DNA of 64,000 nt from Octopus vulgaris (GCA_951406725.2 OX597823.1:41974001-42038000); one strand, 5' to 3'. Numbered from the stretch's first letter, positions 39,155 through 52,880 are shown. Notes: a model not told the origin generated them from the sequence alone. A program made the numbers and translations.

Positions 39155-39836
39155 TTTGTGTGTGGGCTTGCATATGTGGTCAATAAAGTATGACACTTTA
39201 TTACCTCTTTTTGGAGATTTAACAACATCGTTGAATGGAATTTATTTCCACAGAGTTGCTTTAGTGATGAAAACAGTGACATTTCAATCAATTCTGGTGT
39301 GTGTGTATGTGCCTATGTGCATGACCGTGTACGTGTGCACTTGTGATTAAACCCGTCAGAGCTAATGCATATGCATGTTAATGCATGCGTGCATGTCTTT
39401 GCGCATATGCACACAGGATTTGTTTCGTTATTTTTTTATATTATGAATAGGCTTAATGCGTGTACTTAGGTGATTTTGATTTGGTGTGTGTGTGTGTGTG
39501 TGTGTGTGTATGGTTTGTGTGTTGCTTTGCTCTGTTTGTGTATACTTAGGAAGGCATTTATGACGAAGGAAAAAAAGAGAGGAATGAAATTTAAACTCAC
39601 CTTTCTTTTTCAGTTAGTATTTGGTAGTTTTTCTTCTTTTGTAGTTTGATATATTTAGATGCATCTGCGTATGTATGTGTGTGAGTGCATGTATGTATAT
39701 GTGTGTATGTATATATATATATATATACACACACATATACATACATTCATATATATATATACATACGCATGCATACACACATACACACACATATATATAT
39801 ATATGCAATGTGTATATACATACATATGTATGTGTT

Positions 39837-39883
<47 letters not shown>

Positions 39884-40589
39884 ATGTGTATTTATGGATG
39901 TATATATGTTTATGTATAAGTATTTAATGGAGAGCAGGAATTAAATTGAGTCTGTACCATGCAGCTCACCTCCTAAATTTGTACGTATAGATCTAAGTTC
40001 ATTTCTGCACATAAATGTGTCCATGTGTGTATCTTAATGTGTTTACATAACTATGTTTAATGACATCTTAAGTGTACAAGTGTAACCCTTAACAGGTTTG
40101 TATATAGATATATATTTCTCTTTAAAATCTGAAAATCTTACTACCAGCCTCTTGTAATTTCCATTTCCTCAGTCCTTGTTATCCTTACTAGATTCCTGAT
40201 ACCGACTGTGTTCTATCTTCCTGTCTTTTTATGCTCATGTCATGCACCTATGTATATATGTGTAAATGCATACCTACATACATATGAATAATATACACAC
40301 ACACACATATATATATATGTATATATATGTATGTATATATATATACACATATATATGTATATATATATGTATGTATATGTATATATATATATATGTATGT
40401 ATATATACATATATATATGTATGTATATATACATATATATATATATATAGATGTATGTATACATATGCACACACATATGTACATACATTTACATACGCAT
40501 ATATGTATTGTTCATATGTTTGCCTGTATCTGTACATTATGTGTGCCTGTGGATGTTGCGTGTGTAAGGGTGCATGTGTGTGTGTGTGC

Positions 40590-40636
<47 letters not shown>

Positions 40637-41684
40637 CATACATATACTCATTTCTGTAAAAATAAATGCAGCAAGGAGTAAGGCAAAGATGTCAGAGCAG
40701 CTTACGTTAAAGTAATATTTAGTTCCTTCGTTTTGCATTCACTCTTCAAGTCCCAGCAGTGTCAACTCATTCCTTTCATCCTTGCCACATAAACAGAAGC
40801 AGAACAGCTGAACATAATCCAAAATTTAATATAGACCCTAATACAAAATAATACTGAAGTTTCAAAACATGCTCAGAATGCTTTTATCATTTTGAAATAC
40901 ACAATATCTCAGATTCAATTATTATGTTTAGAATAAAGCTGCAAAGGTTTACAAATGGACCTTCAAAATCTATGGAGCTGAAAACATAGGAATGTATTTC
41001 TTAAGGTTTCATAAAATAGAAATAAAAATGAATCTGGGTCCAGTAATGGTTGTAATTAGATCTGTGTATCACAGAATGCCTTATGAGCAACTGTCACATT
41101 TCATATATGTGTGTATGTGTGGAAGGGTCTGTGTTTAAGAAGTTTGCACAAGAACCATGTAGTTAGACGTTCAGTCTTTACTGTAGGAATGCTGTTCACA
41201 CAGTTTTCTATTACTGTAACTTCAGAATAATTGATACTTTCTGAATGAGATTGGGAGACAGAAACTGAAGAAACAATCATGAACTCACTCTCACCTTTCT
41301 TAACTAATTAAATAATGGCTTCCTAGTGCAAAAGACACACTTCTTATTGGTATTTTCTTATCATCTATGTATGTATGTATATATATATATATGTAATTGA
41401 ACCTTGGGAGAGACATTATGCTGGTAATAATAAACACATGCACTGTTTCAGTCCTCTACTGTTATTGTTTGTTAATGGGTTAGTTATTTAGTTATTCCTC
41501 TGACAAATTTATCAATCAGACATTTTCTTTTACTAGTTGCTTTGTATGTATATATATATATATATATATACACATATATACAGAGTAAGAGAGAGAGAGA
41601 TTTGGTGATGTAATCAGAAAAATAGAACTCAGACAATAAGTATATATTAGTATATATTATTGTTATTGTTATTAGTATTATTGA

Positions 41685-41900
41685 AAGGTGGTAGGCTGCC
41701 GGAATTGTTAGCATGCTGAACAAAATGCTTAGCATTATTTCACCTGTCACTACGTTCTGAATTCAAATTTTGCCGAGGTCAGCTTTGCCTTTCCTCCTTA
41801 TGGGGTCGATTAATTAAGTACCAGTGGGATGCTTGAATCAATGTAATTGACTAGTCCCCACCACTGCTTATTTTAGGCCTTGTACCTTTAGTAGGAAGGA

Positions 41901-41949
<49 letters not shown>

Positions 41950-42095
41950 TTTTACGAATTCAAGTTCAGCCAAGTTTGAGTTTGCTTTCATCCTTTTGAT
42001 GTCAATAAAATAAGTACTAATCAAGTACAAGGGCCAATGTAAGCAACTAGTCTCTTCCCCTTAAATTTCAGGCCTTGTGCCTGTAGTTGAAAGGA
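41685..42095 (+). mobile_element. Two tandem family C SINEs separated by (TAT)n
   Basis: ttcaaattttgccgaggtcagctttgcctttcctccttatggggtcgat...; the second, 5'-truncated copy starts at about 41950. Confidence 0.8.
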
Positions 42096-42920
42096 TTATT
42101 ATCTTTATTATTATTATTATTATTAATCAGCAGAAATTCCACAATCTTTAGTAAATGTAACACACGCATGCACATACACACGACATACATAATCATGTAT
42201 ACATGTTTTTATGTATTTGTATTTTATTATCTCAAGTTTTGTCACTGGTTAAAAGTTATAAAACGAACAAGACATACATGTTCTCAGGGATCAGAATTCT
42301 CTGTATTGCAGTTAATGTTCCCTATTGTTAGATTATCTAAATCCATACAGAATAAAGTAATCTTTTCAGACACTTAACGGCATGCTAGCAGAATATTGAG
42401 CTCAAATCCTATGAAATTGACATCAATCTCATTATCTGGTGAACCATTTTTCTTTAATACATATTCATAGTTACACAAACGTATTTATATTTGTGTGTAT
42501 GCATGTGTGTGTGTATTTGTGTGTGTGTGATTTTTACATGGAAAAATTTGGTACTTTCTTCAAATTTTCAGCTATATAGCATTCATCAAACTGTAAATTA
42601 CTTTACCTTGCCAAGTCATATATAGATATTTGTGGTTCATCTCATGGGAGGAGCAATGTAGCTGCTAAGTAGATGTGGTGTAATAGTGTTGTTTTGTGAT
42701 GTAGAAGAAAAATGTCTTTATGGATGGCTTAAATAGCAGGACTGAAAAAATAGTTTGTAGGGAGAAAGAAATAGAATAAAGAGGGAAAGAAAGAAAGTAA
42801 GCATTTATAAGGTGAAAGTAAAAGAGGAAGGATTGTAAAGACATTTATTTTCTGGTTTGTAAGCAAAAGCTATGTAGAAACTATTTGGGTGACTAAGGGA
42901 TTATTGATTTTTAGTGTATG

Positions 42921-43519
42921 ATTGTTCAGGCTCTTTCATGCATATATATAAATACAGGTGATGGAATTCAGGTACAAATATCCAGCTTTGAATGGGAAAA
43001 TAAACTCTGTATCTGCAAGCTATGTTAACTCAATACTCCTGGAGTTTATGCACATCTTGGATGCCCCAAGATCATTCAGGCTCTTTCATACATATATATA
43101 AATACAGGTGGTGGAATTCAGGTACAAATATCCAGCCTTGAATGGGAAAATAAACTCTGTATCTGCAAGCTATATTAAGTCAATATTCCTGAAGTTTATG
43201 CACATCTTGGATGCCCCAAGATTGTTCAGGCTTTTTCATACATATATATAAATACAGGTGGTGGAATTCAGGTACAAATATCCAGCCTTGAATGGGAAAA
43301 TAAACTCTGTATCTGCAAGCTATGTTATCTCAATATTCCTGAAGTTTATGCACATCTTGGATGCCCCAAGATTGTTCAGGCTCTTTCATGCATATATATA
43401 AATACAGGTGGTGGAATTCAGGTACAAATATCCAGCTTTGAATGGGAAAATAAACTCTGTATCTGCAAGCTCATGTTAACTCAATACTTCTGAAGTTTAT
43501 GCACATCTTGGATGCCCCA
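42921..43519. repeat. Tandem repeat, 4 x 150 bp, high identity
   Basis: Units start at 42921, 43071, 43221 and 43371 (att(g/c)ttcaggctctttcat...gcacatcttggatgcccca). Only a few substitutions and a 1 bp insertion in unit 4. Confidence 0.95.
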
Positions 43520-44661
43520 TAATGATACTGTTATGACAGTTCATTGCATTTTATCTCCCAGCTTTGCTTGGACCCTTGTAAAATCCAAGATATCTGATTT
43601 TCTACCTTTCAGAATAGGTTTTACTTCCAGAACCATCTTTTCCATGCACACACTACTTATACCTTTAAACCTCTACTTCATTCCTAATCCACATCACAGC
43701 TCCAACTTTCAGAAACAATATGCCAAATGGCCAGCTTATTCCCTTGATTGACATTATAAGTTTATTGCAAAAAATCATAAGAACCTTCTTACCTCCACTC
43801 GTTAATCTTGAGATGCTCATCCTTCCACTCATGTTATGAAACAACAAGTTTGACTTTACCAAACAGCACCAAGTTCATGCTGCAATGTTCACCCTCATCA
43901 CCATTATTGTTATCAATATCATCATCATCACCACCTCTAGCACAGCCACTGATATTAATGTCTAAACTACCACCACAACCACCACCTTCATCATCATCAT
44001 CTTCAGCAGTAGAAGCTGCAGAAACTGCCTATTATCTCTCTTGGCATGGCATTCATTATTATTCCCACCAAATCAGAAAGACTTACCTCTACTTCTTTAT
44101 CTCTCTCTCTCTCTCTCTCTCTCATCTATACACACACTTTTACTTAGATTCTTGTTTACTTTCCTTTCTTTTTCTAACATTTTTATCCTTGTTCTCTCTC
44201 TCTCTTTCTCTCACTCCCTCTCTCTTTCTCTCTCTCCACTACTCTCACATTTTTGTTGCTTCTCCCATTATGCTCATTTACCAAAATCTCTCTCTCTCTC
44301 TCTCTAAACATATAGGACTTTTTTTTTTACTCACCCCACCAAAACCACCACATTTTATCTGTCTTTCTTCTCAGCTTAAATGGAATCAGATCAATGCACA
44401 CTTCATTTCTATGATTATATTATTAATTGTGATTAAAATGGTCATGTTAATGATAATAATAAGCTGATCTTAATAAGCTTGTCATCTATTTCCTGTAGAC
44501 TTTTGCTCCAGACATTATAATCAACACTTCATTACATATAGGTATGTTAGAATATACATACACACACATACACATATACATATATATATATATATATACA
44601 TACACAAATAATAATAAACACATAATATATAATATATATATATATAGATAGATAGATATAT

Positions 44662-44717
<56 letters not shown>

Positions 44718-45371
44718 GTAGATAGTTAGATAGACAGATAAGTAGATAGATAAATAGATAGATGGACGGATGGCCAGATATATAATCACATATGTTTATA
44801 TTCATGCATATTAAATTTAGATTGACTTCAGAAGAGATTTGACTTCAAAATAAGTTCAAGCAATGCTATGTTCTCACTCATTAACACATTGTTGATTGGC
44901 TCTTCATGTTATTATCATTGATGCTTGGTCTCGATCAGCTGTGATTTAGCAGACCTATAATAATGGCTAGACAATTTGTGCAACCCGCATAATTAGCACA
45001 CTAGAAATAGCTTGTATATTGACTACTCATTCATCATCATCATCATCGTCGTCGTCATTGTTGTCATTTTAATATTCACTTTTCTATGCGTGCATAGACC
45101 ATATGCAAATTGCTTTGGTAGATGCTTTTTTTTTTTCCTTCTTTTACTGCCAGATGCCCTTCCTGTGGCCAACCTTCATCTGTTTCTGAGCCAAGTAATA
45201 TTTTTCCATGGAAGATTGGAAACCCACACCCCCACTTGTATGAGGGTAGTACTTGTTTACAACACTTTGGTAATATCACAAGGTGACACAAACTCACTCA
45301 CGCCCACACTCACCCAGATATACACATATGTACATGGATTTGGTAGACAAACTGAAAGAAGTCTGTCATGT

Positions 45372-45404
<33 letters not shown>

Positions 45405-45526
45405 GTTTAACGTCCGTTTTCCATGCTAGCATGGGTTGGATGTGTATATATATTTATGTATGTGTGTCTTTGAGCGTGGCTGCAGTCAAATGACTGAAAC
45501 ATGAAATAGTGTATATATATATGTAT

Positions 45527-45726
45527 ATATAATATTAATTAGAGACAAAACCACTATTATGCAAATCAAACAAAGAAAGACTTAATCCAATACATAAAAA
45601 ATTTTATATATAAATTGGTGGATATCTTAATTATATTTAATTTATATAAAATTTTTTATGTATTGGATTAAGTCTTTCTTTGTTTGATTTGCATAATAGT
45701 GGTTTTGTCTCTAATTAATATTATAT
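45527..45726. repeat. Near-perfect palindrome with ~88 bp arms and a ~22 bp spacer
   Basis: aatattaattagagacaaaaccactattatgcaaatcaaacaaagaaagacttaatccaatacataaaaaattttatata is followed by its exact reverse complement, apart from one TA indel near the loop. Confidence 0.95.
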
Positions 45727-46287
45727 TATATTTTACTATACAATTGGATTCAATCCTAAATCTGATTTTTCCCTGTAAATTTGGATTTATTCCCTAATAT
45801 TTATTAATATATATGTATATATATATATTTACATATATGCCAGCACAGACAGCAGACATTGAATGATGAGATGTGTGTGTGTCTTGTTTGTTTACATTTG
45901 CACTTTTCCCCCAATCATTGAAGTCCATAGTGGTGGTGATGTTGTTGTTATTCTTCTATAAGCAAATTTTCTACTGGTTTTGCACCTTAGAAGATAAGTG
46001 AAAGAAGAGATCCTTTACCTGTAATATAGATCGTCCAGCAGCTCTGAAACACTGCCTTGACAGTGCAGTCATCTCCAGGCTAGCATAGAAATCCCACACA
46101 TGCTTGCACACACACACACACACACATACACACACACACACATTTAATCATCACTAAATGTGACAGAGTGCTGATGCACCTACATTGCTACAAAACAGTT
46201 AAAATCTTTTAATGCCGTAAGAAGTGCACAATATATATACACTGACAAGGGAGGTAACTGCCCCATAACTGTCTTTAGAATTGCTTG

Positions 46288-46328
46288 ACTAGACTAGTTT
46301 CACTTATTTTGTTGGCATCATCAGTAGT
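46288..46328 (-). ncRNA. Minimal type-I hammerhead ribozyme motif
   Basis: Minus strand reads ACUA-CUGAUGA-U-GCC-AACAAAAUA-AGU-GAAA-CUAG-UC-UAGU. Stem I is ACUA/UAGU, cores are intact, stem III is the palindrome ACUAGU, the cleavage triplet is GUC, and stem II is decayed. Confidence 0.6.
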
Positions 46329-47479
46329 GGCTGTGATGGTTTGACTAATTCCATCTGCCAATATACATATTTTTACCATAAGAATTTATGGCTGATTTAG
46401 CAAAATGCTAATGTATCTGCTTAAAATTGATATAAACAGCTAATTTTCCTTTATGGTATTACGTTGCACCTAGCTGTTCATAGTAATTGATATGTGTGTG
46501 TGTGTCTATCCATAGCTGTATCTATATGTGTGTGTGTGTATCTATATCTGTATCTATCTATCTATCCATCTATCTATCTATACATACACACACACACACA
46601 CACATAATGGGCTTCTTTCAGTTTTTCTCCAGCAAATTCACTTTTGGTTAGTTTGGTACTGTAGTACAAGACACTGGCTGGAAGTGCGACTGAATCACAA
46701 TTTTTATAGTTTAGGAGCAAATTTCTAAAACCTCACAGCCAACCCTCTACTTTTAAATATACAGAATTGAAATGTCTACACCCAGAAATTGGGAATGGTT
46801 TATGAATTTGGCTTCACAGAAGTTCGCCTCTAAACCAGGGATTTCAAACTTTTCTTTCCTTTGAATCTCTCATGCCCAACATTGTGAAGAGTATATTTTT
46901 AAATGATTGGGTTCTATGAAAAATTTTATAATTTCTTAATAATTATTATATTTTTTATTAATTATAATCATAATAATGAGCTTACTGTATAATTGTTGAT
47001 GCTTATATAATTTTTGCAGTTATTGTGTGTATATTTAAGAGGGCTCAGATTTCCTTTAGAGGTTGATTGTCAGCTGCTATAACAGCTCTAATCCTTGCAT
47101 CTGCTTTAATGAGTTCATCTACTTCAGTTACAACTGGTGTTTTGTTTTTATTAATTTGGTTTTATTATTATTTGAATTACAGTACTTTTGTAGTTTTATA
47201 ATTTCTATTTTGAGTGCTGTTATATCAGGAATTTGTGCTGTTTATGAGTATGATATAAAGAAGATTATCGTGTAATCCATCTTAAGTCAGTTGAGGTTGA
47301 TACAACACATTGGTAAATGTTAAAAGAGGACAGAGAGCAGAAATATAAGACATATAAAGAAAGACGGTGATGGAAGTTAGAAGTACATATACAATACATG
47401 GAATTAAACATGAAAAGACAGAAAAGTGAACAGTAAAAGAACCTTGAAGAGGAAAGGCTACCTATGCATTTCAGAAGCA

Positions 47480-48070
47480 GTCTTGGTAACTAAATTTCAA
47501 GAAGCATAGAATTTTATGACCGAAGTAGTGTTCTGACAGCTAGCAACTGACATAGGTAATTTATTCCATGCTTCAACAATACTGAGTGTGAAAGAATGTT
47601 TTTGAAAGTCATGGGTGCTGTACTGTTTTGTTTCTTATTTTTTTTTATTTTATAAGCATGTCCATAAGTGGTAGAAGTAATGCATTCAAAAAGGTGGCTA
47701 AAGTCCTTGGAAAGGCAGCTGGTTTTTATGGGTTTTTACCAATTCAGTAACTAGACATCAAAGTTTTAGTATGTTAATACCCAGAGCAGCAATGCATTCA
47801 AGATATGGTAAGTGACTAACAGACAGTATCTGTCTGGGTGTACATCTCTGAATAGCTTCCAACGGATTGACATTCTGGACAAGACAGGTATCTCAGACAG
47901 GAGATACAAATTATATGTGTGAATGTACCATAGCCATATATAGCTTTAAAAAGAGAGCTGGTAAGCAGCTGACAAATAGTATGTGAGGAAATCTTGACTT
48001 CCAAACGTCTTTGATGTATTTTTTCCTCTTGTTTTTGCATTTATAAATACTATTTTTAAAATCTGTAGTT
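47480..48070 (-). pseudogene. CR1-clade LINE ORF2 3' remnant
   Basis: Minus strand gives decayed KLYMAMVHSHI...ASPVxxxYLVQNVNPLEAIQR-like residues, then FQKHSFTLSIVEAWNKLPMSVASCQN. Confidence 0.7.
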
Positions 48071-48388
48071 AGTTGTGTGAAAGTGCATGACCTATTGGTG
48101 AGGACATTACACTCATGATTGCAAGGTTGTGGTTTCATTTCCCAGACTGGGTAGTTGACTATACTCCAGTCCACACAGTAGTGAATAAGTAACCTTGCAA
48201 TGAACCAGTGTCCTGTTCATTGGAAATATTATCACCTTGATCACTTACACACCATAGAAACAAGATAAGCAACCTCATGATGCCTAAGATGTGAGACAGT
48301 AATGTCCAGATAGTTGGTTGTGCTTACTTTAAAAGCAGAATTTTTATGAATCTTATCTACCCCAATAATTTCTCTTGCTGATATACCT

Positions 48389-48598
48389 ATTTCTTTTACT
48401 ACCCACATGGGGCTAAACACAGAGAAGATAAACAAGGACAGACAAACAGATTAAGTAACTGGTACTTTTTTAATCGACCCTGAAAGGATAAAAGGCAAAG
48501 TCGACCTCGGCGGAATTTGAACTCAGAACGTAGCGGCAGACAAAATACCGCTAAGCATTTCGCCTAGCGTGCTAACGTTTCTACCAGCTCACCGCCTT
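48389..48598 (-). mobile_element. SINE family C, young copy with a 16 bp TSD
   Basis: Head ggcggtgagctggtagaaacgttagcacg...gagttcaaattccgccgaggtcgactttgcc. TSD tcttgctgatatacct at 48373-48388 and 48599-48614. Confidence 0.92.
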
Positions 48599-49414
48599 TC
48601 TTGCTGATATACCTCTGAGAACTCAAATACCTTGCTTCAAGAACCCTTCTTGCTTTACACAGTAGCAAACAATATCTTGTTTGATAAAATGATAAAAATA
48701 AATTAGGTAAATTATATAGTTGCTGTAGCATGGTCTTAAATAAGTTGGCTGCAACAAACTTAAGAATTGAAGAACTAAAGAAGATGTACTTGTGTGTGTG
48801 TATGTGTGTGTGTTTGTTTGTTTATATCAGTGTGTCTGTGTATGTGTGTCTGTATGTGATATAATGATCATTTGCGATTATATCGATTTCTTTCATTTTA
48901 AAAATATAAAGAGCATGCAAATAAATAAAGTAGTAAATACACAATTGTTGCTTCTGCTGGTGATTTGGCTGTTATCAAACAAGTCATGCAGGAATGTGAT
49001 ATTAGCCGATCACGTATAATGGAAAAATAACCTCAAACTAACCTCGAACCAAAATGGAACAGCTTATTTGAAATATAATGATAAAATTTACAATAACTGG
49101 CAAAGAAATGGAGCTGATGAAGTGCAGCACACACATACACACACAGCCTATGTTTTGCTGTGTATATGTGTGTAATATCTGCGCATATATACACTGCTGC
49201 ACACACACACAAACATACATAGAGGTAGGAAATCCTGAAATAAATACACATACTCATATAAGCATTCAAATTCTCATATAAACATAATTGTGCATACCCA
49301 CACATATACACATGCAGTTATATGTATATTATTATCGTATCATTATGATAAATATATATCCATACATATATATACATAAATGTGCATATTTAAACATAAA
49401 TACAAATATAAATG

Positions 49415-49507
<93 letters not shown>

Positions 49508-49526
49508 GCATATATATATGTATATA

Positions 49527-49585
<59 letters not shown>
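49415..49585. repeat. Long (TA)n microsatellite
   Basis: About 170 bp of nearly pure TA; one of dozens of TA, CA, TAGA and TACA tracts in the window. Confidence 0.95.
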
Positions 49586-49587
<2 letters not shown>

Positions 49588-49699
49588 TGAGAGAGAAAAT
49601 GCGGTTTACATAAAGATATATACACATATAGATATATAGAGATTTGTATATGTAAATGTATGTGTGTGTGCGTGTGTGTGTGCATGCCTAAATCCTAAT

Positions 49700-49830
49700 C
49701 TCAGCCAATCAGCTGAAGACATCCTCTACAGTGTTGTCCAATCAGTTGATTACAGGCCTTTCTATCTCCGGCAATCAACTTTTATTATATACTGCAAGGC
49801 TGCACCAATCAGTGCAAAGGGGTTTAAACG
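49700..49830 (+). promoter_or_regulatory. Candidate NF-Y (CCAAT-box) promoter with a TTTAAA (TATA/CHR-like) element
   Basis: CCAATCAG at 49705, 49738 and 49805, and GCAATCA at 49771 (spacings 33, 33, 34 bp). TTTAAA at 49823. Local CpG retention, and no match to the repeat families seen elsewhere in the window. Confidence 0.6.
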
Positions 49831-49974
49831 AACTCTTAATATCCGTCTTGTGTGTCACACAATCTGAATTATAGCATCTGCGTTGAGTCTTTTTGTGTTC
49901 GCTCTCGCAAAGCAAAGATAAAAGACTGCTATGTACACATATAATAATAGTGCACTCATATATGTACACACACA

Positions 49975-50017
<43 letters not shown>

Positions 50018-50426
50018 CATCATGTGCATACACACACAAAAAGTTGGTATAGACAGATCAGTTTAATAATTATGAAGGCAGTACATAGAGATTTACCAGG
50101 AAACATTACTTCGTTAAATAGTTGATTGATTAGAGTTACCGTGTATATTATTAATATTTATTCTCGATTGTCTTATGTTTATTATTTTTTTTTTTGGTTA
50201 TGTATGTGTGTATCTATGTGCATGTGGTTCTGTGTATGTGCATGTGTGTATGTCATAGATATATATATTTTATGCATGTACCGACACACTTAAGTGCACA
50301 TGTATGAATATGTATGCACAGATATATATATATATATATACATGTATGTGTATATACATATGTATATGTATGTATGTATGTATATATATATATATGTATT
50401 TATATATAAATATATATGTGTGTGTG

Positions 50427-50466
<40 letters not shown>

Positions 50467-51526
50467 CACACATGACTATATTTATTGACACATACACAAA
50501 TACAGATATTTTACAGCATTAAATTCCAAGGTTTCGCTCTCCAGATTTACCATGTGCCAACATTGGCCACTTCTGATTGCTTCATTCTTTTAATCAACAT
50601 TTTTGCCACATCCTTAACAAGAGAATCAGCCATTCTGTGCTACCATAGAATTACTGAGCAAATGATACGTGTTACTAGAAATTTCGGTTTATCCTTCTTA
50701 TGAAGTCAAGATTTCCATCTCTATGTAATATGAGCAATAAGGAAAAAATAACAGATGAAGAGATGTGTAACATTCCTCTAACTTTTATTTTCCTTTGGAT
50801 TTATTCATAAAATTATAAATGAGGCTTTCTAAAATAAATTCTCATTCAAAGGGATATGGTTTGTCAACCAGTTACTAATTTCTTTCGCTCAGCTTTCAAA
50901 TATACATTTGTGAAGAATTAACATGTAAGATTTTTATCATTAAATGCGACAAGTTATTCCTACTGTGATGAAAATCAGGATGATTGTACACCTCTTCTCT
51001 GCTACTGTTGCCTCCTCCTGTTTCATTTGAATATTAAAAGCAGTTTTCTTTTTCCTGCTTATAATGTTCAAATGTAACAACCTGATAAATGGTGTAAAAT
51101 CACAGTTCTAACTATCATTGACAATATGTAGTAACATTTGTACACATCACCTAATTTACTATAAAACTTGTGCTGCCTCTATACAAAGTGGTGCCAAATG
51201 AATCTTCACCTTAAGAATTGTAGATATTAATTTCAATAATTTTTAATATTTAGTTCCATATGTACCTATCACGGATAATGTCGTTCAGTGATGATTGGGT
51301 TGCTTGAGGGTGATTCTGTCTCTTAAACCTATCTATATATATGTATATAAAACAGTGAGTAATTCATTTTAGCACCACTAAATTGAACTTCTCTTCCCCA
51401 TGGACTCGGAAATAACTTCCGTAATATTAATACACACACACACACATATATATATACATGTACATATGTTTGTGTATGTATATATGTATATTTATACATA
51501 TATATATGTATATATACATATATGTA

Positions 51527-51608
<82 letters not shown>

Positions 51609-52375
51609 CACATACATGTATGTATGTATGTATGTATGTATGTATGTATATATATATATATATATATATAGTTAATCAAACATGAACAAAGAGAAAACAC
51701 AACAAAGCAAGGATGTGGAACAAGTATAGTGTTATTGGACATTCAGGAAAGGAAAGAAAGAAGGCGGATTTAACATTTCGAGCAGAGCACTTCGTTAGAA
51801 ACATAGAAAAAGGAAAGGTCCAAGGAAGGGAAGATGGAGAAAAAAAATTTTATTAACAAGCTAGATTCCTTAAATCCCTTTCTATTCACTTCAACAGAAT
51901 CAATTTTTAATAAAAGTACATTGTAAGTGTTGCCAGCACTGGCAGAAATAGTATTAATCATTGATTACTTTTTTGTCTCTCCCACTCCGAGCCATATAAT
52001 TATAGCTAATAAATCTTTTAATATACCCCTGCATGATTCTTTCACAAGTATTGGTCCCTTCGTTGCTGGGATATTGCTTTGAAAAGTTTTATTCAATGAT
52101 ATTGACCCTATTTTCAAGTATGTAATAACACTTTAGTAAATTAACTTTGTAATTGTGCTTATATTAAAAGATGGATAAGTGTAGGCATGGTTATATCACA
52201 TGATCTTGGATTCGGTCCCACTGTAAGCATTTCAGACATGTGTATTCATATGGGATTTGTCCATGACTTTCAGGTGTTTCAACACCCAGCATCACTCAGA
52301 GAGAGTTTTCTCTATTATGTCAAATTTCAGCCTACAAGCAAATACACAAAGCTTATATGTTAAGTATGTGTGGTT

Positions 52376-52437
<62 letters not shown>

Positions 52438-52438
<1 letters not shown>

Positions 52439-52831
52439 GGAGTGGCTGTGTGGTAAGTAGCATGTTTACCAACCACATGGTTCCGGGTTCAGTGCCACTG
52501 CATGGCAACTTGGGAAAGTGTCTTCTACTATAGCCTTGGGTCGACCAAAGCCTTGCGAGTGGATTTGGTAGACGGAAACTGAAAGAAACCTGCTGTATAT
52601 ATGTATATATGTGTGTGTATATGTTTGTGTGTCTGTGATTGTCCCCCCAACATCGCTTGACAACAGATACTGGTGTGTTTACGTCACCATAACTTAGCAG
52701 TTCGGCAAAAGAGACCAATAGAATAAGTACTAGGCTTACAAAGAATAAGTCCTGGAGTCAATTTGCTTGACTAAAGGTGGTGCTCCAGCATGGCCACAGC
52801 CAAATGACTGAAACAAGTAAAAGAGTAAAAG

Positions 52832-52832
<1 letters not shown>
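52438..52832 (+). mobile_element. SINE family A, full length
   Basis: Same structure as the 12722 copy. An inverted partial copy follows at about 52890-53045. Confidence 0.92.

Positions 52833-52880
<48 letters not shown>

Noticed and set aside
42921-43519. Array considered as CRISPR or as a 50-aa coding repeat
   Set aside because: The units are contiguous with no unique spacers, there are no cas genes, the context is eukaryotic, and no long ORF spans the units.
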